DNA of 64,000 nt from Macrostomum hystrix (lineage: Eukaryota > Animalia > Platyhelminthes): positions 9,052,001 to 9,116,000 of the forward strand of contig CATNEN010000002.1 in the NCBI GenBank assembly GCA_950097015.1. The letters are read 5' to 3'. The position numbers and the translations under genes were made by a program. This document shows positions 48,856-61,975 of this stretch, piece by piece (the first letter of the stretch is position 1; each line of letters begins with the position of its first letter). The notes below the pieces were generated by a model that did no database searches, was not told the DNA's origin, and was given only the letters and a program-made list of their open reading frames with translations.

Positions 48856-51800
48856 TCAGATTGGCATCAGTTTATCACTCAGTAGCTGAAGCAGTTGCCC
48901 TGCCTGACTTTTCTGAAAATATACCTCCGCCTCGGATTCTTGTGAAAAGTCGGAGCGGCAGTCCCAGTCGACTGTCGCCACTTGCTGCTTGTTTCTGCAG
49001 TGCTCTTTCAAGCCTTTTCCGAACTCTTGGAGAAGGCCGTCGATGTGCTGCGTAGTGACCAGTCCGGCGAAGCCCCAGTCCAGCTGCTCGCGCAGGTAGG
49101 AGAACTGGCCTGGGATCTCAAAGGCCAGTCGTTTGGATTTCCAGTGCCAAACTTTGTAGTTGTAGGGCCTGCCATTCGAGTTAAACTCCTCGTCTCTGCG
49201 CTCTGCTCCTGCTTCCCCCAAGCGCTGCTCCAGATTCGTCTGTTCAGGAAAGCATTTGTTACTAGGCAGCACCAGAAAGTACGGCGGGTCGAATGGCAGT
49301 TCTCTGCCTTCACTAAATTCTTCCCGCGCATCTGCAATTTGCGCAAGCTCACAGCTATAGAAGTACCACGGACATCATGACCAGCATGCACTTTTAATCA
49401 AGTAATTGTGAGTCAAGTCAAGACCAAGCGTCCAGTGAGAACGACTTCAAAAGAAAGACAATAATGGCCAGATAAGCCGCAAAGAAATGAAAAGACGAAG
49501 TAGAAAGAAGAAAATACGAAAATTTACGCTCAAGCTGATCGAAAAATGGGCGGACGACCTGCGCATTAAAATTAATCCAGCGAAGATGGAGTGCTGTCTG
49601 TTTTTGCGGGACCGCGCTGACCGCCTCCGTAAACTCAACCTCTCCTTGCTGGACCAACTGATCCCGACCAAGGCCGAGCTGAAGTTCCTGGGGATCTGGA
49701 TGTCCTCCTCTTTGACAAGCAAGTCAACTGCATCAAAGAAACAATTCACAGTCGGGCGGCTGTCCTCCGGCTTAGCCGACCACGAATGGGGCTGTGACCG
49801 CGCCCTGTAGCTCCGGATTTACAAGGCGCTGGTAGAAGCTGTCGTCTGGCACGCGGCCGCTGCTTGGACACCCTGGTTGTCCGCAACCCACCTGTCTGAA
49901 CTTGACCGGGCCCAACGTGAGTCGCTTCGCATCATCACCGGGTTACCGAACCGAAATCAGCGCCTATTGGCACCATCTACATGGAGGCTGGAGTCTCACC
50001 TATCAGCTTGGAAGCCCGCCGCCGTTTGTTGCTCTCCTTCGACAAACGCTCGCCGCGGATCGCCGCGGCCCGCCCGATGACCCGTTTCGAGTGGTCTGCA
50101 AGTTGTGGCTCGATATCCGCCTGACTGCCAACAAGGGGCTCAGTGAACAGGCCTGTACCAGCTGCAGCAGTATGATTCCTGCACCGAGATCCTGCACTGA
50201 GATTGCGTGGGAACTGAGCAATATGCAGGACTGGCTTAATGTATTTAACCTGTTCTGACGCAACGGTCACTTCCCTGGCTCCTGGAAACAAGCAATGAAC
50301 TCACGAACTGAGATCTCTCAAGACCAGACTGAGATTCCCTCAAGACCAGAACTGATATATCGGTTGCCGTCGGCCAAGGAGCGCATCTGATACCACATCA
50401 AATACCGATCCGCTTTGTAGGGTCTCCTTGCCGAAGTGAAACGCGACTAAATCCTCTTGCTAAAGACAAACGGCGGCAACAGTCACTAATCTATCAAACC
50501 AATCCGGAATCGACCGTCTTGAATCCACTTCGACAATTTATAAATCGACAATCGAAATCGCTCGGGCAGCCGAGCAGCCGACAGAGCAATTTCACACCCT
50601 CACTTGTCCCAGGCTCAACACAGCAATTTCACACCCTCACTTGTCCCATGCTCGGCACAGCAATTTCACACCCTCACTTGTCCCAGGCTCGGCACAGAAA
50701 TTTCACACCCTCACTTGTCCCAGGCTCGGCACAGAAATTTCACACCCTCACTTGTCCCAGGCTCGGCACAGCAATTTCACACCCTCACTTGTCCCAGGCT
50801 TGGCACTACGAGACGCCCCATCAGCTTCACTTGCCTGAAGAAAACAGCACGCTGTGGCAGGTTTGGCTTGATAAAACCTGCTATCCCATCGGACCATAAT
50901 AAAAATAATCGCAGTAGGGATGCGGGCAATGGCACATCATTTGGTGATGATTTCCGTGCTGCCCCGAGGAACTTCAAACGAGCAGTCCACAGGGCCGAGG
51001 AAAGTAAGTGGCGACAATTCTGCGACGAATTGGACAAAGACAAGCCCACTTCTAGGCAAGTTCTAACGCTTACTATGGACAAGACGTCCAAACTTGCCAT
51101 CATAAAAAATGAGGATGGCACTTAAACTAACGAACAGCAGGAGGTGCTCAAGCGCCGGGCAGTTTCTTCCCTCCGATTCCCACCGCCAAACAACTCGCTG
51201 GAAGGCGCCAACTTGGCGGCGAGCATCATAAAAGAGGACCTTTGCTCGCGCAGTTAGGACCATCAAACCCTTCAAGTCTCCTGGACCGGACGGCATCTAC
51301 TCAATCATCCTTCGTGAGGTGGCGAAGATCCAGAAGTTCCGGAGTATTACCTGCAACCTTATGCGGGTATCTATTCAGTTGGAGTTCGTGCCCAGATGCT
51401 GGACTAACGCTCGCATTGTCTTCATACCCAAGCCGGGGAAAGGAGACTACCAGAGTGACAGTCTTCCAGCCAATCAGCTTGGCCTCCTTTCTGCTAAAAT
51501 ACAAAACATAAAATGACTCTGACCTACTGGTGCAAGATTAGTGGCATAGTGTTAAGCCAGTGAGTTAAATATGACTCACGTTCTTCCATTTTGTCCACAA
51601 ATCCGCAGCAGATGTTTGCGGTCAGCACACTGGCCATAGACATTATAGGAAAGACGTCTTCAATAGAGAGGCAGTTCTCATCAAGACCTAAAAATAGACA
51701 TGGATTTGTTTTTCACTGTTCTGTTGCATAAGATTAAAGCCGAAATAACTTACGAAGGCCAGAAATAAGATCATTAAGATTGTTATGCGGTAGTCTGTAC

Positions 51801-53896
51801 GGCAGCCTGCCTCCAACATTTCCTTCAGAAAGTGCTCTCACCGACGCCACACAACAATATGGTAGGTGTTTTAGGCGATCAGGCAGGATCTGGTGAATCG
51901 CTTCCAACTCAACTTCAATATCTCCCACAATAACAGCGGAGACGCAGCACCGACCAGTTTCGTTCATCTAGTGTGTCATGTGTTTGTATTTTTATGCAAG
52001 TTTGTAGCTAGTTATTAATCTAATTTACCAAGTGGACTCTGAAAAGAGTGAGTCATTATTAAAAAAGCAAAATGCTAAGTACGAGTACAATACCTTTTTA
52101 GCAGCCAACTTGATATCCTCAGTTTCATCGGCGTGTCGAAGTTCCTGAGCACGGACCACTAGCAGAATTCTGTCACATTTATTGATGTACTCTGACATGC
52201 TTTCTTGAGGTTCCAACAGTTTGTATCGGAGTTTTGAGTTTCTTTGTAGGGCATTCTGAACTGCGGAAGAATCCCGCTCGTCCATTGAGTCGCCCATCTT
52301 TACTAGCAGATGAGGTTCGCTTTCTTCAGACGTGCTTGTTTGGATGCTTAACTGAGCGAATGGCAAGGCGTCGTGCGTTAAACGCGAGCAGTTTTCCACC
52401 TCCCTTTCCAGGCGCTGTCGCAGGCTGTCACCATCGCTCACCTCGAGTACTTCCACATTTGAGCTCCAATTGGGACGATCTCCGCCCACATCAAGCCCAC
52501 TGCTGAAAAGCAGCTTGGGAAAGCTTGCGTGGTTCAGGATCAGCTTTAGAGCGACCTTGAACTGCTGGAAGATTTTCTCGTTGGTTTCTGGAACTTCTTG
52601 TCCTTGTTCCATTTTTTTAATGGCAAAAACTGGAGAGGCCCAGTCTCCAAAGATGATGGCGTGAGTGGCGTGAACTGCCACGTCCTCGCTCAAATCCATG
52701 AGGTACACAAAAACTTTTCTCTGATAGCCCAGGCCTTCAAACTTTAGCAGACTTTTTTTCTCGCAGCCGTGAAATAGTTTGTCCATATCAATATTTTGGT
52801 CAAGTTTTTCCGGAACTAGTATGAAATATTTGTTTACTACTATGATGTTTTCACGGGCTACATGAATTCTGTTGCCGTTGAGTTTGCTTTGACTGAGCAT
52901 ATTTCCGACTTGTAGAGTGGCCCTAATGCACTCATCTAATTTAGGCAAAATGAGGCGCAGGAAAGTGAACGCAAAGTTCCAAGCGAAAGCTTCTCCGATG
53001 CCTTCGTAGCTCTTTCGGTCTGCAGTTTTGCGGAAAAGCTATTTTTTATTTACAGAACTAACTACCAAGGTACAGTGACACATGTAGTGTACACCACCTG
53101 TGGAGTCCTCACTAATGCCTCCATGGTGTTTCACCTTTGCCATACTGTACATTAGCTAGCAAAAACCGCAAGCCGCAGTTCAAATCCTTAAACACAGCCC
53201 AGTATTCTAGACCAGCTAAAGGCCAGCCAACATCTAAAGCTAGGCCGAAGTGAAAAAGCATTCCTCCTTCTGTGGGACTCACCTATATCCTTGGACATGA
53301 GACCCTCCTTTACATCCGCTGCCAAGCGTTTGAGCTGGCTGCGATCGCCTTCTCCAGTCAGCTTGAGCACCTTTTGGAAGAGGTCGCGAACTCGCGGATG
53401 CTGCAGAAGGTCGAGCGGGTTCGTCACCCCAGACTCAGTTCGAGGTAAAAAGTTGTCCACGAAGTACACACGAACGCCTGTGGAGGACACGCGCTGCGGA
53501 ACGGGTTTTAAAGAGTGGGATCGTGTATTTCCTTATACTCGTGCCTTAGTACTTTTAATACAACTGTTTTGATCTTGCAAAAATAATTAAAGATGCGTTG
53601 AGCCCAGGCAATAGCTACCCGCTGCATTGTCAGCAGTGTGAGAGGCCGGACTGTCAGCGGTGGCTTCTTGTTAAAAACAAGCACAGCGGCATCGCAGCCG
53701 AGCACCTTCTGCACTACGCTTTTCCAATCGTCCATGTTCTCTTCACTTTCGACCTCAACTCGGCGGTCCTCCTCTGTGTCGCTGTTGGCGGGAACTCCAT
53801 CTTCGAAGACGGCCCTCAGGTCCTCCTTCAGAGCTGTGCTGGCATCGCTGGCTCCTCCAACAACAATCAGAGCTACTCTGACGTGTTTCTCGAGCT
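48856..53896 (-). CDS. TIR-STING-TIR-STING-like paralog 4 (most divergent). Exons 53896-53619, 53493-53283, 53019-52094, 51967-51754, 51687-51580, 49331-48856; start exon not resolved.
   Basis: Same exon and phase pattern, open frame of about 738 codons. Motifs GEAFAWNFAFTFLRLILP, GLGYQRKVFVYL, IFGDWASP, NGRPYNYKVW, AFEIPGQ. Confidence 0.85.
49480..51490 (+). mobile_element. Degraded non-LTR retrotransposon (LINE) reverse-transcriptase fragments in an intron of paralog 4
   Basis: Broken frames: KWADDLRIKINPAKMECCLF...LKFLGIWM and RIYKALV...LDRAQRESLRIITG (RT C-terminal part); KRAVHRAEESKWRQFC, KPFKSPGPDGI and WTNARIVFIPKPGK (RT N-terminal part). Confidence 0.8.
50585..50800. repeat. 37-bp minisatellite (CAGCAATTTCACACCCTCACTTGTCCCAGGCTCGGCA), about 6 copies
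   Basis: Direct periodicity. Confidence 0.9.
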
Positions 53897-54384
53897 CTGA
53901 GTTAAATAAAGTGTAGTTTAAAAATTATGAGTACTTCCTTCTACTTTCCTGTCTCTACCTGTCTCATTTCTTCCCTGTCTTGTCTGGATTCACCTGGGTC
54001 TTATTTCTCCCATAGGAATGCCACTGGAGAGATGAGGAGGTGAGGTATACGCTGGGACAAGGAAAATTTCGTTGGTGACATTTCATCCATTGTAAATAAC
54101 TTTCATAGTTCTTTAGCAGAGGACAAAAGCCTTTTTTGACGGTGCAAGAAAATACAGAGGTAACAGGAAAGCCAGCAAAGTACATAGAAAACTTAACAGA
54201 AATTGCGAGACTGCAGCTGCCCTAGAAAGAGTAAAGAAACGTGCTTTTTAATACACCTAACAATGTCACAATATGGCTAAATATGCACGCCAAGCTCGTT
54301 TAAACACATTTTTTCTACCGCTTATGCATTGCCAATAGGATTCATTTCGATCGATCCTATTTGAAGTACATTTTTAACACAGGA

Positions 54385-54750
54385 ACGGCATGCCCCCAGG
54401 CCGGCGAACTAGGCGGGAGTCGCCCATCAGAGCACGCATGGCTAGTTCACGGCTGGTGAAACCTCGCCGCTCAGAGCACGCATGGCTGGTGCACACCCGC
54501 CCCACCCCGATACAACGCCTCACACCCGGCCCAACGCACAAACACAAACACAAACAAGCAGGCATGCGGAAGGCAGGGGTTAAGCTATTTTAAATTAGCT
54601 TTGGTTATACATTATAAGGTGCATCTCCGCAAGTCTACTTCGCAAACCTACAACTAAGCCCCAAAATAATCGTGACTTGGAGGGAGGAACGAACCAGCGA
54701 CCATTGGAAAGTGAGGCAGCGACATTAGCCGCTGAACCACTCACCCCCTT
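54385..54750 (-). mobile_element. SINE-like element related to 9330-9867
   Basis: Shares AATCGTGACTTG.AGGGAG...CCATTGGA...GAGGCAGCGAC..TAGCCGCTGA.CCACTC with the 9.8-kb copy. Confidence 0.6.
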
Positions 54751-57215
54751 TGAGCTGGCTATAAAAGTTCAAGCTGTTGCTCAGTCTCAGAGATGGAGGT
54801 GAAACTCGCAAGTTACTGCTCATTTTATTCATACGGCCAAATACGAGTAAGTACGAGTATAAGTAGAAATGATAGGTTAGATGTATTTTCTCTTCTTTAT
54901 TCCATTCTCGGTGACCGAGAATCTCGTTGAGTTGCTTTATAATTTAACGAATGCTCAGTTATAACATTGGCCAAAAAAGAATTCATACCGATCGGAACAC
55001 TGAAAACCGACACTGTCGCTTGTAAGATGTCCGAAATCTGTCCTTGACTAGCCATTCTAGGAATTTAAAACCAACAAAATGCTGGTTAGACACACGAAAT
55101 CGTGTCAGTTTTTCTGGGCTTTGCCGCTTAGCAAACAGTTTGCTAACAGTGCTGAATTTTACAAGTCTTGCCTTTTTGTCTGCAAAGCCTCGGCTAGGAG
55201 TTAAGGAGTGTGCAGCTATGAACCATAATAGCCAGACAGAACGGCAGGCTGGATAAGCGGCGTTTGTCACAATTTAGCTCGTACTTCTATTATAAAACTT
55301 CTATTCTATTATCTATTATAAATCTGAAGGGAATTCAAGAGTTCGCGAGCAGAAAGCTAAAAGCTAAAAATAGCAACAGCAGAGAGGGCAAACAACCAAG
55401 GGGAGAGAGACTGGACAAAAACCCGCCCCGAAGTCACCTCATCATTCCAGCTCAGGCCGGGTCGGCATGGCAACAGCGGTGCGGACGTGGAACTGCCTGA
55501 GACCGGACCCGCAGCTGTACTGACGCGGCGCTGCCGGAATCAACCCGGCCTGTCCCTGCCTGCAGCTGCCGGCGTCGGCCCAGCCCAGCCCGCACTGGGA
55601 GCCGCCTGGGACCGGCCGGGAACGAGAGCTGGAGGAGGACGGAACCGTACAAGAAAACGGGATCGATAAAAGGCGAAGGAATAACGAACGGTGGGAGAGA
55701 AGTTTCAGTGGAAGTGGGAACACATCCTGACTCAACTAATGCGTTTTTAAGACTGTAACTCACCCTCCATGGGAAAGGGGTTGGCGTGCCTGCCAACCAA
55801 CTAGTTTAACGTTAATAACTGTACTAGGTTGGAGGCTGCGACCTCACTCAACACAAATCCTCATGAGTACTGTTGCTACGGTAATGCCTACCCTCGGATT
55901 GAGGGGTTTTGAAGACAGAATATATATCGGAGCGGAGCGCGGGAAAAGGTCCGCCGCTCCAGTTAGTTAGAGATTCTGTTTGAGCTCTGTTAAGCTAAAT
56001 CTATCAGAAAACTCAGTGTGTTTGTGTTATATCTTGAGTAGAAGCTAAGTTAACGATCCCGAGAGATCATCACCGCCAGCCGGTATACTGAGTGTCGATA
56101 GTCGTTAGGAGTTATAGCCTTCAAGACATCTAGACTGCAACAAACCGCTAGACTAATTATATTTTGAAAGACACTAAAATCGAAGAGAGATTAGAAAGCT
56201 TGAAGCACTATATCTATCAAAAGTGTACGGTCTGGAAAGAGACGCCGAGAAATGGCGTTTAAAGTTTTGAGAGAGAAAAAGTTTTACACAAACCGCGATA
56301 CCGATTATACCGATAAAAGTTCCCGCGATACCGCAGTGACTGTACTTCCAGTCATTCGTGTCTAAATTGTCGCTTAGAGAAGCATAAATTCTTAGCATTT
56401 CAGTTTATGGGAAATCTTTTAGTAGTGTCGATATAGAAGCGTAGCTCGTACCTTCATTAGTATAACTTAAAAAACAATTTATTAAGATGGCTCGTGGAAA
56501 GACCGAATTAAACTAACCTCGTTTGGGCTAGTTTTACAGCCATCTAAAATGGATGCACTGCGTCTTAATAACGAAAAAATCTTTTTTTTCATCTTAGTAA
56601 AGGTTTAGAAAGGTGTTGAAATTCAAGGCCTTTCAAGGCACCGGGCAGGACGGAGTGTAACCGGTGTTCTTGTTAGGAAACGGTGAAGGATACATGCTCT
56701 TCCTCCAGTGCCTGGTACCAGTCCGCCATGGGATTATTTTTTGTTTTTAACTACGCAGTGTAACCATTTCAGATGACAGAAAAGTACGATTTACCACACG
56801 CGTCTCTCTTTTCATTGAACGGGAAATGTATTTTCGGATTAATTTTCTGAGCCAGAGTATCCGTTTCAGATAAAAGGTTGTTTTGGGTTGGTTTTATTTT
56901 CAAGTAGTGCATTTCTTCGGAGCGATTTCTATACCACTTTTTTACCTTACTAATTCTATACGTCTTTAGCACCTCTTGTACTTGTACGTATATGTAGCAG
57001 TGTCGTAGAGCAGGTGCTCAAGAGTGTGCGGGGCTGTTATGAAAGGTGGGTAGCTATGCGTTGTTAACTATTGTGTTATTCGCCAGGTGAATGTAAGCGA
57101 AGCGGATCTCGATAACAGTAATTGGGCAACTTTCCCAGCATTTAGTTTCTTCTGTGGTTACGTCAGCGCACCAGGCTAAAGAAGTTGCGAATCTCAGCTT
57201 CTGTCATCGTGTCGT

Positions 57216-58480
57216 TCATGACCGCCACAGACCGGATGTCCCAGTGAACACTGCCGAGTTGCCGTTTCGAAATCCCAGGGTAAAGCAGGCCAGGTTATTG
57301 GGGGCCATCGAGTAGCTGTTGATTTGACTGACCAGTGACTGCGGCACGAATGCGGCATTTGAGTGGAATGTTACACTCTGCGTCATCGCAGAGGTGACGC
57401 CGACTTCAACGAAGATGCTCGAGTTGTAGATGTTAGTGGACACTGCCGTCTGAAGCTCCGCCACTGTCGGTGCGAACCTGCAGAAGTACAAGCCCCTTCT
57501 ATCGGGCCATCCACCCCAGAAGCCAGTCCCGAATACACCGGAGGCGCAGATGATCTTCTCCAGAAGTGTATGCTCCTTGGCGATGCGTTTGTACCTGAAC
57601 AGCTACGTGAGTCGTGAGTTGCTGCAGGTTGCCGAAGTCCACGTTCTCCAGCCTCATCTTCGAGGACACTCCGTTGAACTTGGCGCCCTCAAGATCGAAC
57701 ACGATTGCCTCCGACTTCCATTACTGTGTCTGGCCGCACACCAAGTTGCTCTTGCTGGCTTCCTCATCGTCACTCATCACCCACTCTGCACGCAGCTTCG
57801 AGCCCACACTGCTCATCAGCTTCCTGCTCAGCGTCATGAAGTTGACGGTTCGAGTACTAACAAACGTAACACAGCTCAGTGGTGAGATTTTAGTTATTTC
57901 TCGAGATTTTTATTGCGAATCTACTTTTTTCCAACGGCGTTTAAATGTCACTAAAAAAAATTTTTTTTCAGAGTTCAGCTCACTTGGCGGCCTTGCGCGC
58001 CTCGGCAGCTGCTGCGGCGGCACAAGGGGTGACAGCAGACGCGTGCAGGTGGCTTGGGGCGCAGGTGTGAGTGACTGTCGTGTCCCAGGCGTGGCGATGG
58101 GCAGCCCTTGACGCAGGCTGGCAGCGGCGGCCAGCTCGATTTCTGCATTCCAAGAATACAAAAATTATTTAAATAATTATTTCCAGTACGTTTCGGCAGT
58201 CACGGAGACTGTCCTGTTGTAAAACGCTGAACCATGGACCTTGACAGAGGCTTTGGAGAATTCTTGTCGCTGCGCTTGCGACCAGGCAAATTCATGGCAG
58301 CTATTGCGCCGACTATGCTGCATGCGGCTCTGGGAGTGCGCAGTAGCCCAGGCAGCGAGAACGACACCGCGCTCAAGGCAAGGGCGCGCCAGACGCAGCC
58401 TTCTGACCTGCTGCGCGGGCAGCGACTTCGACTGGCTGGCCACGTGCGAACTGCAGACCAGAAGAGCGCTTCAAGGTCTT
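57216..58480 (-). pseudogene. Possible multi-exon gene or pseudogene for an unidentified, perhaps extracellular, protein
   Basis: GC-rich blocks separated by AT-rich intron-like stretches; SSWPPLPACVKGCPSP resembles the end of a sushi/CCP module; in-frame TAA near 57720 in the longest frame. Confidence 0.3.
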
Positions 58481-59351
58481 TGACCCATTCACCCTTGACT
58501 CCAAATAACTGATTCTTTAAAGTACATTAAAGTTCATAAACCCAACCTCAACACTCAACACGACTCCAACTCCAACACTTAACTCCACTCAACTCAGCAC
58601 TCAACTCTCGAATCCAACACAGTGGCGTGGGCCATGTTCTCCGTGTGTTCTGAGGGAGGGGTACGGGCTGTACATTCTTTACAGTTGGTTGCAACCCCAA
58701 CAGCTCGTCCCTGGACTTTACCTCTCGATTTACGGACCAGCAATGTACTAACCAACTATCGATTAAGTTTATACCCCCAAAAATTATTTTTCACTCGCAA
58801 TCTCTACTCGTTCACTTTTGTTTTAGATAAGCCTGAAGATGCGCACTGTCGTGTGGAACGCGTCGTTAATCTAATCAAATCGTTACTCTAAATAACTACA
58901 GATATACTACAGTGGTCCTTGGTATGCAGTGCTGCATACACAATTAGTCTATGGCAAAGAGTACTAAATATCAATTAGCTCTACCCGCAGCAATTGATTC
59001 TGTTCTAAAGAAAATTGATAATATAATTTTTCCACAGTCAATCAGAAATGCAAGAATGTTTTCCGTCTTCCACACTTTCATCTCCCACGCAATTAAAGTA
59101 CACTTTCCTCAGCGAGACAAGCTCACATGAAGCTAACTTAATTGAAAGTCGCCACCACCACGCCAGCAGATTCCAGCTTAAACCTGTCACTGAGAACACA
59201 CTTGGAGCAGACATAAGTTGCTATCTCAAGCCCGAGCCCCGTTTAACTGTTTGCTGTAAAAACTGTAGCAGTACTTCAGTTTTGCTGTCTGTTTAATAAA
59301 ATATTTGCTGAAAGTAGCAAAGCTAAGAAAAACAGGACAGCCGCCCGAGCT

Positions 59352-59937
59352 ATGTCATTCTTAATAGCCGCAGCGGCCTCCAGCAGCTTCTCGGAGCTGA
59401 CGGGCTCGCTGCGCATCGCCAGCAGCTTCACCGAGACGCACTCGGAGGCTCAGAGCCAGAGGCAATGTGCTCAGCTGTGCGACTACCGAGACCGCTGCCA
59501 GGCCTTCAGCGTGTCGGACGGTCCGTGTCGGCTGTTCGTCTTCGACCGGTGCAGCAAGGCCGTGAGAGACTCGTTGCAGCTGCAACCGCACCGGCTCCGT
59601 GTTCGTCAAGAGGCAGTCGGGACTTCCCGATGGTGCCCTGTGTCCTGCAGGGTTCAGCGACAACTTCTGTGGCACCAGCTACAAGCTGCTGAGGAACTTC
59701 ACCGACTGGAACACCATCGACTCGCTGCCAGGCCTCGTCATCATGGCTGACGTGACGGATCTGTCTGAGATGACCTACCTGAAGAACCTGTCCTGGAAGT
59801 ACAGCTGGACTAATGTCATGCTTGGCGGGTTAACCAGCTGCCAGGCAGCGCCGAGCCGGCCGGAGGCTGGTTCACTGCGTGCAACATCTCCATCAACTCC
59901 ATCCTGTGGAGCCCTGAGAGCCGAACAATTCAAATAG
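59352..59937 (+). pseudogene. PAN/Apple-like plus C-type-lectin-like coding region with one apparent frameshift
   Basis: SQRQCAQLCDYRDRCQAFSVSDGPCRLF (PAN-like cysteine spacing) continues in another frame near 59580 as CNRTGSVFVKR...LCPAGF...SYKLL..W...EMTYL (CTL-like). Confidence 0.5.
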
Positions 59938-61975
59938 GCGCGAAAGCGTCGTTGAGATAAGATCGACACAAGCCAAGTACGACGCCCCAGAAACATTCAG
60001 TATCAGTGCAGTGCTATGGCAGAGTGCGACCTGTTCCACTAGGAAGCAGCGCATTTAAGGTTTTACGCAGATCAATGCTGAAAATAGGAAAAATGGCCCA
60101 CAGAAATCTAACTACGTGCATATTTTATCTGTGCCAAGACTTAATTCAAATTGATCACAATGCCCTGTATCTATAGAAGCTGCGGTACCGAATCTCGCGC
60201 ACTTTATCGTATCTCATATCCGAACTCGGACCGTTGCAAGCTGTCGAGTTGCTGTACAATTTTACCTGTGGCGAGTTATCTCTTGAATCATATTTCAAGC
60301 ATGGATTTATTGCAACGCGCTTTGTCGATTTCAAAGGGAACAAAACGTGCATTAAATGCTTTTGGCCAATGAATGTCGATAGTCTATGCAGACAAGACTA
60401 TCCATATCAACGAGAGCCGCTTGGCAGAAAGCTTTTGCATATAAACAACAAGTCAAATGCATACATTTTGCTCTTCTGCAAAGATTATAAATACCCTGGG
60501 TATTTATAATCTTTGCTCTTCTGTGAGACAGCAAGAACAATACAGGTCTGCGAATTTCAAACGTTATAAGTTCACTATTGCAGGGGCACTCAAACAAAAA
60601 ATGCTAGTTTTATAATACGTATGGAAATTTATCCCTATTCTATTTTTATTAGCAGCAAAGCGGTTCAGAATACTACAGGAGGTCCTTATCCAGATCTAAT
60701 GCAAACAAATTTAGTTCTTTCGCAAGCGATAATGATTTCATTTATTTTTGTACATTAAACCGTCCTATTTTTAATTACCGTTTTCGAGTGGTTTAACAAC
60801 GTGTACAGCCTCTCAGAAACTAATGAAGTACAAGACTCTAAATTAAACTAAAAAACTCATATAAAGCCCTAAGCTGCACTATTTGCAATTTTTCTATTGC
60901 ATCAAGAACAACCCTTCTTTTCTGAGAATTCTTTAAAGGTACATTTGTTGACCAGACATGGGTGCAGTAGGTAGCAGTCGCGAACAATGAGAAATGTGTT
61001 TGTATAATAGGCCCTACTTAAGTCAGTTCTAAGAATATTATTTTTAGTCAATTAATTGTTTAGAATATCATTTAGAGTTTAACTTCTGATTCTTCATTTT
61101 ATGTCTTTATGTGCGTGAATTTATTCTTTAAATTGAAATAGCATAGGTAAAGGTCATGCCTTGGTTCAAAAGATGCATTTCTATCATGGAACAGCTTCAG
61201 TAAAGTTACTTTTTGCTTACTCGAAACTACATAGACGTAGGCAATTTTTATTTTGTGTCTTAAGCTATTCGTGGGCTATCACTATAACATTTAACAAGGC
61301 AAGCCACAAGTTTAAGGCCTACATACATTTTTCTAATTTTCGACATTCTGCTGTGTGATAAATATCACTTACTTCACGGTGTTGTTATATTGTGATAGGG
61401 GCCTAGCCATTAGGCCTACCGTGTAGTAAATTTAGCCATTTCTACTACACTGTCTAGGGCACTCTTAAAAATAGATGACAAAACCAATCAATCTACTTTA
61501 TCACATGTATAATGTATTTCTGAGCATTGGCTATCCAAAGAGTGTTTACCAATGATCTGAAATGTATAGCAATACTGTCTGGTAGGGCCTATTTCTCTTT
61601 CTTGAACTCTCTTAGTAGGCCTACATTTGTCTCCATATGTTTTTAAAGAACTAAGGAAAACTTCTTGAATTATATGTATTGTATTGTATTGTCTTATATA
61701 TCATATAGCATGTCTTGTATTTATTTTAGACCTATTCTTAAGTTTTGTACTTGAATGTGGTATTTAACCACAAATAAACAAAACAGCAAACACTTGCAAG
61801 TGTCTGAATCAAAGTGGACCACCAACAGACACCACACCAATGCTAATCTGGTTGCCAATATTTACTCATTTGATTTGGCTGCACAAAAACTCTTTCTGGA
61901 GTGCCAGCAGCTCTGGCAGGCACTTGCTCTCCTCTCTCACTTCCCAATTTCACTGTATTTTTTGATTTTACAAAT

